A stretch of 63,904 nucleotides of DNA, filler included, from Caldilineae bacterium (lineage in GTDB: Bacteria; Chloroflexota; Anaerolineae; DTLA01): the NCBI GenBank assembly GCA_037446815.1. It is 6 parts of 6 records of this genome, joined end to end, with 100 filler letters (N's around TTAATTAATTAA, not from the genome) between each part and the next. Parts side by side here need not be neighbours in the genome. Positions count along the whole stretch, not along the records: positions 36,797 to 48,893 come from JBBIHX010000082.1; positions 48,994 to 61,017 come from JBBIHX010000083.1; 4 more parts are not named here. One strand, written 5' to 3'. The position numbers were made by a program, and so were the translations under genes. The number at the start of each line of letters is the position of its first letter. Position 1 is the stretch's first letter. Below, one piece after another: positions 46,614-56,792 of this stretch. The notes under the pieces were generated by a model. It had not been told where the DNA came from and made no database searches. It saw nothing but the letters and a program-made list of their open reading frames with translations.

Positions 46614-48579
46614 GGCTCTCCTCCTGCGCGAGGGGGACGTCCACAGTGATGCGCGTGCCGGCGCCCGGGCGGGAGTCAATCACCATGAACCCACCCAGCC
46701 CCTCGGCCCGCTCCTTCATCCCCAGAAGCCCCCACGCGGGGCGCGGCGATAGCGGATCCATCGCCGCCTGCGGGTCAAACCCCGCCCCGTCATCCTCCAC
46801 CACCAGGACAACCCTGTTAGGCTCGCCGCGCAGAGAAATCGCCACCCTTTTCGCGTTGGCGTGCCGAATGATGTTCTTGACCGATTCCTGCGCGATTCGG
46901 AACAATTCCACCTCCAGGTGCGGCGGCAGGCGCGTTCTGCCCAGGGACAGTTTCAGGTCCACCTGCGGCAAGCGATCCCTGTTGGCCTCCACCAGCCAGC
47001 GCAGCGCGGCGACAAGCCCCAGGTCATCCAACAGCGTGGGGCGCAGGTCGGCGATGAGGCGATCTATCCCCTCCATCGCTTGCAGGCCCACGATGAGCAA
47101 GTCTTTGAGCCGCGCCTCGGCCAGGTGCGGATCGGAGACGACGATGGCCTCCAGCGCGCCCAGGCCGGTAACCAGCGCCGTGAGTGACTGGCCGGTCTCG
47201 TCGTGCAGTTCGCGGGCGATGCGGCGGCGCTCTTCCTCCTGCGCAGCGACCACGCGCTCCAGCAGCCGCCGCAGCATCTGCTCGCGCCGCTGCACCTCGC
47301 GGTACAGCCAGGCCTTCTCCATCCCCACCGCCACCTGATTGGCCAACGCCTGCGCCTGCTGGAGTTCGCGGTCCGTGAATCGCCCGGCCTCGCTCTCATT
47401 CGCCATCGTCATCACGCCCAGCATCCAGCGCTCGGAGCGCAGCGGCACGCACAGCACGCTGGGGAGTTCGTCGCTCCGGGAAGCCACGCCGCGCCCAGAA
47501 CGCACGACTTCCTCGGCCATCTCCAAGGCCCGCGCGCAGGGCGTCTCAATGCCGGTACAAGCCTTGGTCTCCAACTTGCCGGTGGCCGGGCTTGTTACGA
47601 GGATACACCCGCACTCCGCGCCGTCAAACAGGTCCACAATCCGCTCAATCGCCTCCTTGGCCAGCGCGTCCATATCCAAGCGAGACGCCACGATGCGGCT
47701 CGTTTCCAGGAGGGCCGACAGTTCCCGTGCCAGGCGCGAGAGTTGGGCGGTGTGTTCCTCTGCCTCGCGCCGTCGCGCGGCCTCGGCGAGCAGCGCGGCC
47801 TCCTGCGCCTTCAGCAGTTCCTCGCGCTCGGCGGCCTCCACGACGCCCAGCGCCCGCACGATGCCGAACATCGCCACTCCAAGCGCCACAACCCGCAGGT
47901 ACTGCACGTGCACGCCGAACGCGCGGAAAAACCACGCGTCGTTGAGCACGGTGGACGGCCAGAGTATGCTGTGCGGGGCGACGATCTGGTCAAGGACTCC
48001 AAACCAGATGATGGCCCACCCTGTGGTGAACATGGCCGCGCCGAACGCGGGGCGCATCTTCGTCGCCATTTCCCGACGCTGGAGCCAGAACGCATAGGCC
48101 ACCAGCGCGGTGGACGGCAGGCCGAGGACATAGCGCGCCCAGACATCCGCCGCGCGCAGCCACGCCGCGGTATCCGCGATGAGCAAGCGCATCACAGCCG
48201 CGCCCAGCAGCCACAGCGCCGCAAGCCCCGGCAGCGCCCACCGCCGCCAGCCGCGCTCCGTCTCAGGGACCACCTGCCGCCATATGGCCAGGCCATATGC
48301 AGCCATCAGCAGAAAAGCAGCCACGAGCAGTGCCAGTTCCAACCGTCCGCCGATGCTCGCCGTGCTGTTCTCGCGCAACGCCTGCCCCAGGCTGGCCAGG
48401 TCCAGCCATTTCTTCAGGGCCCGCGCGAATCCCGCTGCCGCCAGCAGCGCCAACGGCCTGCGAAAGGGATATTCGTGAGCGCGGCCCATCTGCAACGCCA
48501 CGGCAAGCCCCAGCGCAAAGAACGCCAGGCCCGACGCGAAATACGGCACGATCAGGCTTTCAGCCGTCAATTCAAGCAT
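46582..48579 (-). CDS. Membrane sensor histidine kinase (multi-TM, GAF, HisKA_3)
   Basis: About 7 TM helices, GAF, ERRRIARELHDETGQ, LRPTLLDDLGL, DDGAGF, GLLGMKER. Confidence 0.9.
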   Translation of the reverse strand: MLELTAESLIVPYFASGLAFFALGLAVALQMGRAHEYPFRRPLALLAAAGFARALKKWLDLASLGQALRENSTASIGGRLELALLVAAFLLMAAYGLAIWRQVVPETERGWRRWALPGLAALWLLGAAVMRLLIADTAAWLRAADVWARYVLGLPSTALVAYAFWLQRREMATKMRPAFGAAMFTTGWAIIWFGVLDQIVAPHSILWPSTVLNDAWFFRAFGVHVQYLRVVALGVAMFGIVRALGVVEAAEREELLKAQEAALLAEAARRREAEEHTAQLSRLARELSALLETSRIVASRLDMDALAKEAIERIVDLFDGAECGCILVTSPATGKLETKACTGIETPCARALEMAEEVVRSGRGVASRSDELPSVLCVPLRSERWMLGVMTMANESEAGRFTDRELQQAQALANQVAVGMEKAWLYREVQRREQMLRRLLERVVAAQEEERRRIARELHDETGQSLTALVTGLGALEAIVVSDPHLAEARLKDLLIVGLQAMEGIDRLIADLRPTLLDDLGLVAALRWLVEANRDRLPQVDLKLSLGRTRLPPHLEVELFRIAQESVKNIIRHANAKRVAISLRGEPNRVVLVVEDDGAGFDPQAAMDPLSPRPAWGLLGMKERAEGLGGFMVIDSRPGAGTRITVDVPLAQEESHESDTHPVGG

Positions 48580-48670
48580 GGTCCTTGCTACCCGCCTGCA
48601 TGCGGCATTTGTGCCGCATTGCACAAGGAGTATACCACAAGGGCGGCTTGAACGCAATGGCGACGCAGCC

Positions 48671-49047
48671 GATTCGGTTCCAAAGACTGTTGGTACTGTC
48701 ATTGCGAGGGCGCACAGCGCCCGAAGCAACCCCTGAGAACTGTCATTCCGAGCGGCGGAGCCGCGAAGAATCTCGCTGACCGAGATGCTTCGCCTTCGGC
48801 GCAGCATGACACAATGAGGCCGTCATTCTGAGCGGCGGAGCCGCGAAGAATCTCGCCCCTCACCCCAGCCCTCTCCCGAAGGGCGAGGGCTTTNNNNNNN
48901 NNNNNNNNNNNNNNNNNNNNNNNNNNNNNNNNNNNNNTTAATTAATTAANNNNNNNNNNNNNNNNNNNNNNNNNNNNNNNNNNNNNNNNNNNNTCGGGCG
49001 CTCCGCGCCCTCGCAATGACAAATACCAACAGACTTTGGAACCGACT
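48671..49047. repeat. Repeat cluster (families A, B and CCCTC-type) around the contig linker (48894-48993)
   Basis: GATTCGGTTCCAAAG..GTCATTGCGAGGGCGC, two GTCATTCYGAGCGGCGGAGCCGCGAAGAATCTC, CCCTCACCCCAGCCCTCTCCC. Confidence 0.8.
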
Positions 49048-49194
49048 CGGGACAAACTCTCACTGCAGAGAACATAGAGACCGCAGAGGGATTGAAAGAA
49101 TCAGTGCATCATCCCTTTGCTCAGTCTGCGGCCCGATTCCCCCTCTGTGGTCTCCGGGGTCTCTGCGGTGAAACCATCTTGTAGCGAGGCAGAC

Positions 49195-50643
49195 ATGATG
49201 CTTATCATTCTCGGCCTGGGGCCAGGCGACCCGAAACTGCTGACCCTGGAAGCGCAGGAGGTCCTGGCCGCCGCGCCCGAAATCTACGTCCGCACCCGCA
49301 AGCATCCCACCGTGGCGGCGTTGCCCCCGGCGGCGCTCCGCTCCTTTGATGCCCTGTACGAGCAGTACGACGACTTCGCCCAGGTGTACGCCGCCATCGC
49401 CGAGGAGGTCATCCGCCTGGCGCGGCGCGACCAGGGCGTGGTATACGCCGTCCCAGGCCACCCGCTGGTTGGCGAGCGCAGCGTGCAGTTGGCGCTCCAG
49501 TTGGCCCGCGAGGCCGGCATCCCCGTGCGCCTGGTGGACGGCCTCAGTTTCATTGAGCCCACCCTCTCGGCCCTGGGGATTGACGCGCTGGACGGCCTGC
49601 AAATCGCCGATGCCACCGAGACCGCCCTCCTGCACCATCCGCGCCTTGACCCCGACCGGCCCGCGCTCCTGGCGCAACTCTACAGCCGCGACCTGGCCGC
49701 CGAGGTGAAACTGACCCTGATGAACCAGTACCCCGACGAGCACCCGGTCATCCTGGTGGGCGCGGCGGGCACGCCCCGCCAGCGCATCGCCCAACTCCCG
49801 CTCTACGAGATTGACCGCCAGGCGTGGGTGGACCACCTGACCTCGCTCTACGTGCCGCCGCTGCCCCAGCCCAGCGGCATGGAATCGTTCCAGGAGACCA
49901 TCGCACACCTGCGCGCGCCCGACGGCTGCCCCTGGGACAGGGAGCAGACCCACCAGACCCTGCGCACCAACCTGCTTGAAGAGGCCTACGAGGCGCTGGA
50001 GGCCATAGACCGAGACGACCCCGAGGCCCTCATGGAGGAATTGGGCGACCTCCTGCTGCAAATCGTGCTCCACGCGCAGATCGCCACCGACGAGGGCGAG
50101 TTCCGCATGGCCGATGTCATCGCCCACATTGACGCCAAACTGAAGCGCCGTCACCCCCACGTCTTCGGCGATGTCAAGGTTTCGGGAGCCGCCGAGGTTA
50201 CGGTCAACTGGGAGGAAATCAAGCGCGAGGAGCGCAATCACGCCGACCACCGCTCCATGCTGGATGGCGTGCCCAAGACCCTGCCCGCCCTGTCGCAGGC
50301 CCAGGACTATCAGAACCGCGTCGCCCGCGTGGGGTTTGACTGGCCGGACATTGAGGGCGTCCGCCGCAAGATCGCCGAGGAACTCCGCGAACTGGAGGAG
50401 GCCCAGACGGCGGAGGAGCGAGAGGCCGAGATGGGCGACTTGCTCTTCGCGGTGGTGAACCTGGCCCGCTGGCTCCGCGTGGATGCGGAGAGTGCCCTGC
50501 GCCGCGCCAACGCCCGCTTCGCCAGGCGCTTCGCCGAGATGGAACGCCGCTGCGCCGAGGCCGGCCGCGTCCTTGCCAACTTGACCCCAGAGGAGCAGGA
50601 TGCCCTGTGGGAAGCGGCGAAAGCCGATGAAACACCCGGATAG
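49195..50643 (+). CDS. mazG: Tetrapyrrole methylase-like / MazG NTP pyrophosphohydrolase fusion (YabN-type)
   Basis: GLGPG, YAVPGHP, GCPWDREQT, EEAYE, EELGDLL, RRHPHVF, GFDW, EMGDLLF. Confidence 0.92.
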   Translation: MMLIILGLGPGDPKLLTLEAQEVLAAAPEIYVRTRKHPTVAALPPAALRSFDALYEQYDDFAQVYAAIAEEVIRLARRDQGVVYAVPGHPLVGERSVQLALQLAREAGIPVRLVDGLSFIEPTLSALGIDALDGLQIADATETALLHHPRLDPDRPALLAQLYSRDLAAEVKLTLMNQYPDEHPVILVGAAGTPRQRIAQLPLYEIDRQAWVDHLTSLYVPPLPQPSGMESFQETIAHLRAPDGCPWDREQTHQTLRTNLLEEAYEALEAIDRDDPEALMEELGDLLLQIVLHAQIATDEGEFRMADVIAHIDAKLKRRHPHVFGDVKVSGAAEVTVNWEEIKREERNHADHRSMLDGVPKTLPALSQAQDYQNRVARVGFDWPDIEGVRRKIAEELRELEEAQTAEEREAEMGDLLFAVVNLARWLRVDAESALRRANARFARRFAEMERRCAEAGRVLANLTPEEQDALWEAAKADETPG

Positions 50644-50655
50644 GGAGGATGAACC

Positions 50656-52068
50656 ATGACTCGTAACTCGCGCCCGTTCCTGGAGAAACTGGAAGACGCC
50701 GTGGCTCGCTCGGGCTCGCTGCTGTGCGTGGGGCTGGACCCCGACCCGGCGCGCATTCCCGCGCGGTTCCGCTCGGCCGATGACCCCGTCGCGGCGTTCA
50801 ACCGCGTCATCATAAAGCAGACGGCCCCATTCGCCGCCGCGTACAAACCCAACGTCGCCTTCTACGAGGCGCTGGGGCAGCGGGGGTTGCAGGCGCTGGC
50901 CGCGACCATCGCCGCCGTGCCGCCGGAGATTCCCGTCATCCTGGACGCAAAGCGCGGCGACATCGGCAGCACTGCCGAAGCCTACGCCCGCGCCGCCTTT
51001 GAGATCTGGGAGGCCGACGCCCTCACGGTCAACCCCTACCTGGGCTTGGAAGCCCTGTCCCCCTTCGCCAAGTATGCCGACCGCGGGCTGTTCGTCCTGT
51101 GCCTCACGTCCAACCCGGGCGCCGAGGAGTTCCAGACCCGCGCTCCCCTCGGCGAGCCGCTGTTCCTGCAGGTGGCGCGGCGTGTCGCGGCGGAGATGCC
51201 GCCAGCCGTCGGGCTGGTCGTCGGCGCCACGCAGGCGCAAAACCTGGCCAGGGTTCGGGCCGCCGCGCCCGACCGCTGGTTCCTCGTCCCGGGCGTGGGC
51301 GCCCAGGGTGGGGATTTGGAGATGACCCTGGCCAACGGCCTGGACTCACGCGGCTCCGGCCTGCTCATCGCCGCCTCGCGCAGCATCCTGTACGCCGACG
51401 ATCCCGCCCAGGCCGCGCAGGCGCTGCATGCCGCCATCGCCCAGGGCCGCAGCCCCGGCGTCGGTTGGAGCCTGCACGAGCACCTGGCGCTGGCCCTGTT
51501 TGATTGCGGAGCCGTGCGCTTTGGCGAGTTCCGACTCAAGTCCGGCAAACTGTCGCCCATCTACATTGACCTGCGCGTGCTGGCCTCGTATCCCGAAGTC
51601 CTGAGCCAGGTGGCCAGCGTATACGCCCACCTGCTGCGCGGCCTGGCCTACGACCGCCTGGCCGCCATCCCCTACGCCGCCATGCCCATCGGCACGGCGG
51701 TGTCGCTCCTCACGGGCAAACCGATGATCTATCCGCGCCGCGAGGTCAAGGAATACGGCACGCGCCGCTCCATAGAGGGGCTGTATGAGCCGGGCGAGAC
51801 CGTCGTCGTGCTGGACGACCTGGCGACGACAGGGGCCAGCAAGATAGAGGTGGCCCAGGCCCTGGAAGCTGAGGGCGTGCGCATCTCCGACATGGTGGTG
51901 CTCATAGACCGCGAGCAGGGCGCCGCCGAAGACCTGGCCCGGGCGGGCTACACCTTGCACAGCGCCTTCCGCCTGTCCCAACTGCTGGACATCCTGGCGA
52001 AGCGCGGCCGCATCACTGCCGAACAGCGGGCGCTCATCCTGGCCTACCTGGAGGCGGATCGGCAATGA
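50656..52068 (+). CDS. pyrF: Bifunctional OMP decarboxylase / orotate phosphoribosyltransferase (PyrF-PyrE fusion)
   Basis: [25 protein letters not shown] followed by [26 protein letters not shown]. Confidence 0.92.
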   Translation: MTRNSRPFLEKLEDAVARSGSLLCVGLDPDPARIPARFRSADDPVAAFNRVIIKQTAPFAAAYKPNVAFYEALGQRGLQALAATIAAVPPEIPVILDAKRGDIGSTAEAYARAAFEIWEADALTVNPYLGLEALSPFAKYADRGLFVLCLTSNPGAEEFQTRAPLGEPLFLQVARRVAAEMPPAVGLVVGATQAQNLARVRAAAPDRWFLVPGVGAQGGDLEMTLANGLDSRGSGLLIAASRSILYADDPAQAAQALHAAIAQGRSPGVGWSLHEHLALALFDCGAVRFGEFRLKSGKLSPIYIDLRVLASYPEVLSQVASVYAHLLRGLAYDRLAAIPYAAMPIGTAVSLLTGKPMIYPRREVKEYGTRRSIEGLYEPGETVVVLDDLATTGASKIEVAQALEAEGVRISDMVVLIDREQGAAEDLARAGYTLHSAFRLSQLLDILAKRGRITAEQRALILAYLEADRQ

Positions 52069-53000
52069 CAGCACCCGACCTGACGATCTCCCTGTGCGGC
52101 GTCCGCCTGCGCAATCCGCTCATCCTCGCGTCGGGCATCCTGGGTACCAGCGCCGACCTGCTGGAGCGGGTAGCGCGGTGTGGCGCGGGCGCGGTTACGT
52201 CCAAGTCGTGCGGGCCGACCCCCCGCGCTGGCCACCCCAACCCCACGGTGTTGGACTGGGGCCACGGCCTCATCAACGCCGTCGGGTTGAGCAACCCAGG
52301 GGCGGATGAGGAGGCCCGCATCCTCGCGGACGCCAAGGCGAGGCTTGCCCTGCTGGGCGTGCCCCTCATCGCCAGCATCTTCGCCGAGACGGCGCAGGGG
52401 TTCGGCGATGTGGCCCGCAAGGTGGCCGAAGCCTCGCCGGACTTCGTTGAAGTCAACATCTCCTGCCCCAACGTGGAGGCCGAGTTTGGACAGCCCTTTG
52501 CCGCCGATGCGCGGGATGCCGCTGCCGTTACAGCCATCGTGCGGCGCGCCGTGTCGCTCCCCATCATCGTGAAACTTTCGCCCAACGTGCCCGACATCGC
52601 CGCCATCGCCCGCGCCGTGGAGTCCGAAGGCGCCGACGCCATCGCGGCCATCAACACCCTGGGGCCGGGCATGGTCATAGACACCGACAGCGGCAAGCCG
52701 ATTCTCGCCAACCGCACCGGCGGCGTCTCCGGCCCGGCCATCCGCCCCATCGCCGTGCGGTGCGTGTACGACGTGGCGCGGGCGGTGCGCGTGCCGGTCA
52801 TCGGCATCGGCGGCGTCGCCTGCGGGCGTGACGCAGTGGAGATGATTATGGCCGGCGCGACGGCGGTGGGAATCGGCTCGGCCGTGTACTACCGCGGGCC
52901 AGAGGTCTTCGCCGCCGTCCGCGATGAACTGCGGGCCTTCATGGAAGCGCGGGGCTACTCAGCCTTATCCCAGATGCGAGGGCTGGCCCATGACGCCTGA
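52065..53000 (+). CDS. pyrD: Dihydroorotate dehydrogenase family 1B catalytic subunit
   Basis: [40 protein letters not shown]. Confidence 0.92.
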   Translation: MTAPDLTISLCGVRLRNPLILASGILGTSADLLERVARCGAGAVTSKSCGPTPRAGHPNPTVLDWGHGLINAVGLSNPGADEEARILADAKARLALLGVPLIASIFAETAQGFGDVARKVAEASPDFVEVNISCPNVEAEFGQPFAADARDAAAVTAIVRRAVSLPIIVKLSPNVPDIAAIARAVESEGADAIAAINTLGPGMVIDTDSGKPILANRTGGVSGPAIRPIAVRCVYDVARAVRVPVIGIGGVACGRDAVEMIMAGATAVGIGSAVYYRGPEVFAAVRDELRAFMEARGYSALSQMRGLAHDA

Positions 53001-53708
53001 TCTACCCACTGCGTTTCGCATTCGGGACATCCGCGACGAGTCGCCGACGGTGCGCACCTTCACGCTGGACGGCGCGATCCAGGCGGAGCCCGGCCAGTTC
53101 GTCATGGTCTGGCTCCCACGGGTCAACGAGAAGCCGTTCAGCCTGGTGGACGCCGCGCCTATCACCCTGACCATTGCCCGCGTGGGGCCCTTCACCGAAG
53201 CGGTGCATCGGCTGGGCGTGGGCGACCGCCTGTGGCTGCGTGGGCCTTACGGACGCGGGTTTGACCCCCTGCCGCGCCCGGCGGTGCTTGTGGCGGGCGG
53301 GTACGGCGCTGCGCCGCTGGCGTTCCTGGCCCGCCGCCTTCGGGCCGAGGGCGCGGAGGTAGACGTGGCCCTGGGGGCCAAATGGGCGAGCGACCTGGTG
53401 CTGGAAGAACGCTTCCGTGCGGCGGGCTGCCGCGTCCACCTGGCCACCGAGGACGGATCGCGGGGCCACCGGGGGCTGGTTACCGACGTGGCCGCGCGTC
53501 TGCTTGACGAGCGACCGGACGCGGCGCTGTATGCCTGCGGGCCGGAGGCGATGCTCCTGCGCCTGGCGCGCCTGTGCCAGGAGCGGGGAGCGCCCGGCCA
53601 GTTCAGCCTGGAGCGCATGATGAAGTGCGGGCTGGGCGTGTGCGGCTCGTGCGACTATGGCGGCCTGCTGGTGTGCCGCGATGGGCCGGTCTTCTCCGCC
53701 GCCCAGTT
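52990..53708 (+). CDS. pyrK: Dihydroorotate dehydrogenase electron transfer subunit; 3' end lost in scaffold gap 53709-53808
   Basis: [30 protein letters not shown]...C.DGPVF [2Fe-2S] motif. Confidence 0.9.
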
Positions 53709-53814
53709 NNNNNNNNNNNNNNNNNNNNNNNNNNNNNNNNNNNNNNNNNNNNNNNNNNNNNNNNNNNNNNNNNNNNNNNNNNNNNNNNNNNNNNNNNNNN
53801 NNNNNNNNGCCCAG

Positions 53815-53890
53815 TTCCCTCGCCCCACGGGAGAGGGCCAGGGTGAGGGCGACCCTCCCTCGCCCCACGGGAGAGGGCCAGGGTGAGGGC
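53815..53890. repeat. Tandem CCCTCGCCCCACGGGAGAGGGCCAGGGTGAGGG units
   Basis: Two copies after the gap; same family near 21540, 21675, 48856, 61258-61332. Confidence 0.8.
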
Positions 53891-53897
53891 TGCGCCG

Positions 53898-55292
53898 TCA
53901 GTGGGTGTGATGCTCGTGCCCCGGCGGAGCCAGGCGCGCGAACGCCGTGATGATCGCCTCGCTCAGCGCCGGGTGGATCACCTGCGAATCGGCCAGTGGC
54001 GTATACGACTGGTCGCCCGCGTTCATCACGTACACAATCTGCTGCACCAGGATGGCCGCGTCCGTGCCCACGATATGGCAGCCGAGGATTTTCCCCGTCT
54101 CCTGCTCCACGACCACTTTTACCAGGCTATCGTCCTCGCCCATGGCGTAGCCCTTGGTTACGTCGGTATAGCGGGCGCGGCCCACCAGAATCTTGCGCCC
54201 TGCGGCCAGCGCCTCGGCCTCGGTCATGCCCACCGAACCCACCTGCGGATACCCGAACACCGCATGGGGCACGGCGTGGAAGTCCATCGGATGGCGGTGC
54301 CCCGTGGCGATGGCGTGCCAGACGGAGTCGGCCTCGTGGTTGGCCGTGTGGCGGAACATGTGCTTGCCAATGGCGTCGCCCAGCGCCCAGATGTTGGGTT
54401 TCGTCGTCTCCAGGTACTCGTTGACCACGATCCAGCCATCCTTGTCGGTCTGCACGCCGGTCTTCTCCGGCTTCAGCAGGTCGGCGTTGGATTGCCTCCC
54501 GACCGCCAGCAGAATCTCGTCGGCGACAAAATCGTAGGTCTGGCCGTCGCTGCGGTCGCGGGCGGTAACCACCTTCTTGCCGTCGGCGCGGGCGACCTTC
54601 ACCACCTCAAAGTTGGTGTGAATCTCAGCGTACTTGGAGAAGCGACGCTTGACGATGGCGGAAATCTCCGGCTCCTCTTCTTTGAGCAGGCGGGGATTGC
54701 GCCCCAGGATGGTAACCTTCGTCCCCACGGCCGAGAAGAAGTGGCCGTACTCGCAGGCGATGTATCCCCCGCCGATGATGACGAGGCTTTCCGGCGGCTC
54801 GCGCAGGTTGAGCACGGACACGTTGTCCAGATAGCCGGCCACGCGCAGGCCCTCCACGGGCGGCACCAGGGTCCTGGCGCCCGACGCGATCAGAATCTTG
54901 GGCGCGGTGATGGTCTCCTTGCCGACCCGCAGCGTGTAGTCGCCGACGAATTCGCCCGTGTCGCGGTACATCTGGGGGTTCTTGGAGTGGGCCAGGGCGC
55001 GCTCCATCTCCTCGCGGCCCTCGTCCACATACGTGCGCATGCGCTGCATGATAAGGCCGAAATCCACCCGCGACACGCTCCCGTGCACGCCGATGGCCGC
55101 GGCATCCTCCAGGGCGCGGATAACGTCGGCGGGATACAGCAGGATTTTTGTAGGGATGCAACCGTTGTTGAGGCACGTCCCGCCCAGAGGGCCATGCTCC
55201 ACGACGGCGACGCGCATGCCGTGGGCCGCCGCGTTGGCCGCCACGTTCATCCCCGCTCCCGTGCCGATGACGATAAGGTCGTATTTGCGCAT
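53898..55292 (-). CDS. Pyridine nucleotide-disulfide oxidoreductase (dihydrolipoamide dehydrogenase / mycothione reductase family)
   Basis: GTGAG FAD motif, GGTCLNNGCIPTK redox disulfide, GGGYIACE, HPALSE. Confidence 0.88.
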   Translation of the reverse strand: MRKYDLIVIGTGAGMNVAANAAAHGMRVAVVEHGPLGGTCLNNGCIPTKILLYPADVIRALEDAAAIGVHGSVSRVDFGLIMQRMRTYVDEGREEMERALAHSKNPQMYRDTGEFVGDYTLRVGKETITAPKILIASGARTLVPPVEGLRVAGYLDNVSVLNLREPPESLVIIGGGYIACEYGHFFSAVGTKVTILGRNPRLLKEEEPEISAIVKRRFSKYAEIHTNFEVVKVARADGKKVVTARDRSDGQTYDFVADEILLAVGRQSNADLLKPEKTGVQTDKDGWIVVNEYLETTKPNIWALGDAIGKHMFRHTANHEADSVWHAIATGHRHPMDFHAVPHAVFGYPQVGSVGMTEAEALAAGRKILVGRARYTDVTKGYAMGEDDSLVKVVVEQETGKILGCHIVGTDAAILVQQIVYVMNAGDQSYTPLADSQVIHPALSEAIITAFARLAPPGHEHHTH

Positions 55293-55323
55293 GGCGCTCC
55301 CCTTTCTGCTCAAAGCGTCTGAT

Positions 55324-55899
55324 TCAACGACATTCCCCCGGCGTATCCAGCCCTATGCCGCGGAGTATCTCGGCGAGCCTCTCCAGGAACGGTTCGGACA
55401 GAGCCTCCGAGAACTCCTGGAGCCATTTGCGTGTATAGGTCAAGTCCACGCTCGGATTCTTGAGAAGCATCGCGCGGACATCTTCCAAATCTCGCGGGCG
55501 GCCAGCGATGATCTTGTGAATGACCACATCCTCCAGGGAGGCAAAGCGCACGTTGGCTTCACCAATCCGCACTGTGCGAACTCTATCCAGCGCCTGCCGC
55601 TCGTAGGGGGAGAAGGAGAACACAAAGTCCACGCGGATGCCGGTGGCCGGTTCTTCGCAAGGGAGTACCATCGTTTGGCGCGTGAACTTGTCCGGAGAGA
55701 CGAGGGGGCTGAGTCCCGCTTTCTCTGCCAGCGTCAACACGTCGGCCAAGCGATCTAGGCCCACGCCGAGGGTGATGTCAATGTCCTTCGTCAGGCGCGG
55801 TTCGCCGTACAGGAGCACGGCCTGGCCGCCGATGATCATGTATGGGATGCCCGCCTCATCCAGCGCGAGCGCGATCTTCTCCAGCAAGGCCGTGAACAC
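55324..55899 (-). CDS. Nucleotidyltransferase (AbiEii/DUF6036-like)
   Basis: YMIIGGQAV...PRLTKDIDI, KIIAGRPRDLED. Confidence 0.8.
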   Translation of the reverse strand: MFTALLEKIALALDEAGIPYMIIGGQAVLLYGEPRLTKDIDITLGVGLDRLADVLTLAEKAGLSPLVSPDKFTRQTMVLPCEEPATGIRVDFVFSFSPYERQALDRVRTVRIGEANVRFASLEDVVIHKIIAGRPRDLEDVRAMLLKNPSVDLTYTRKWLQEFSEALSEPFLERLAEILRGIGLDTPGECR

Positions 55900-56086
55900 G
55901 CATCACCTCCGCCACTCGGATGTCCACGTCAATCCCGTCCAGCGGGTCGCGAGGGGGGAACACCCCCAGCGCCCGCGCCTCGGCCAGGAGCGCTTCAACG
56001 ATCCGCAGATTGCGGAAGTAGTCGGGCGGCTGGCTCCGTATCCGATCGTCTTCAAATTGCTGCACCATGCGCCGGTTCGTCAACAT
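55856..56086 (-). CDS. Small hypothetical protein, putative partner of the nucleotidyltransferase
   Basis: GAGAGG RBS, 76 aa, overlaps the downstream gene start. Confidence 0.65.
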   Translation of the reverse strand: MLTNRRMVQQFEDDRIRSQPPDYFRNLRIVEALLAEARALGVFPPRDPLDGIDVDIRVAEVMRVHGLAGEDRARAG

Positions 56087-56112
56087 GGATAGCCTCTCGT
56101 TTGCCCTGGGGC

Positions 56113-56141
56113 ATTGTAGCGGGCCTGACGGGCCGCGTCAA
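56113..56141 (-). promoter_or_regulatory. Sigma70 promoter
   Basis: Minus strand TTGACG-17-TACAAT. Confidence 0.65.
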
Positions 56142-56164
56142 GCAGCGGGCGCCTCGCCCGTTCC

Positions 56165-56710
56165 TGGTTCGCGTGAATTCGCGTTCATTCGCGGTTCTGG
56201 TGCTCTGATCTGACGCGCGAAGCGCCGAAGAATCTCGTCGACCGAGACCCTTCGCTTCGCTCGGGGTGACAGGACCGGCGGCTTTAGCCGCGCGCGGCCA
56301 TGCCCCCACAACTGTCATCCTGAGCGGCGAAACCGCGAAGAATCTCGCGCTCCCATCCGCGCAATCCGTGCCATCTGTGGATACAGCCACGGCGAGTCGG
56401 TTCCAAAGCCTGTTGGCATCTACCGTCATTCTGAGCGGCGAAACCGCGAAGAATCTCGCGCTCCCATCCGCGCAATCCGTGCCATCTGTGGATACAGCCA
56501 CGGAGATGCTTCGCCTCCGGCGCAGCATAACAGGAGAGCGACAACGTGCGACGCACCTCCGAGGTGCGTCGCGCGTAACCAGGAACACCCGAAAAAACTC
56601 AAAAGAAACTCTGCGGCCTCTCTGTCCCTGCGGTGAATCTCAGCCGTTTTCTTGCCAGCCGCACGTGAGGCGGAGACGACCTATCCGTGCAATCCGTGTC
56701 ATCCGCGGAT
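56165..56710. repeat. Composite repeat cluster with a 111-bp-period duplication
   Basis: 56314-56392 is near-identical to 56425-56503; contains family B, a family-A end, nonamer tracts and the GTGCGACGCA palindrome. Confidence 0.8.
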
Positions 56711-56792
56711 GCAGCCGCGGCCCTGGCTTTGCCTTCGCTCGCGCCTGTGCTACAATGCCCCAGGATGCAAGATGCGCCGCGAGGACGAGACC

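Noticed and set aside
53898..55292. Mercuric reductase MerA
   Set aside because: No N-terminal HMA domain, no C-terminal Cys-Cys pair, no mer genes
56165..56710. Repeat clusters (also 21500-21845 and 60770-60970) as CRISPR arrays
   Set aside because: Only 2-3 long degenerate units, no unique equal-length spacers, no cas genes; units are dispersed REP-like palindromes
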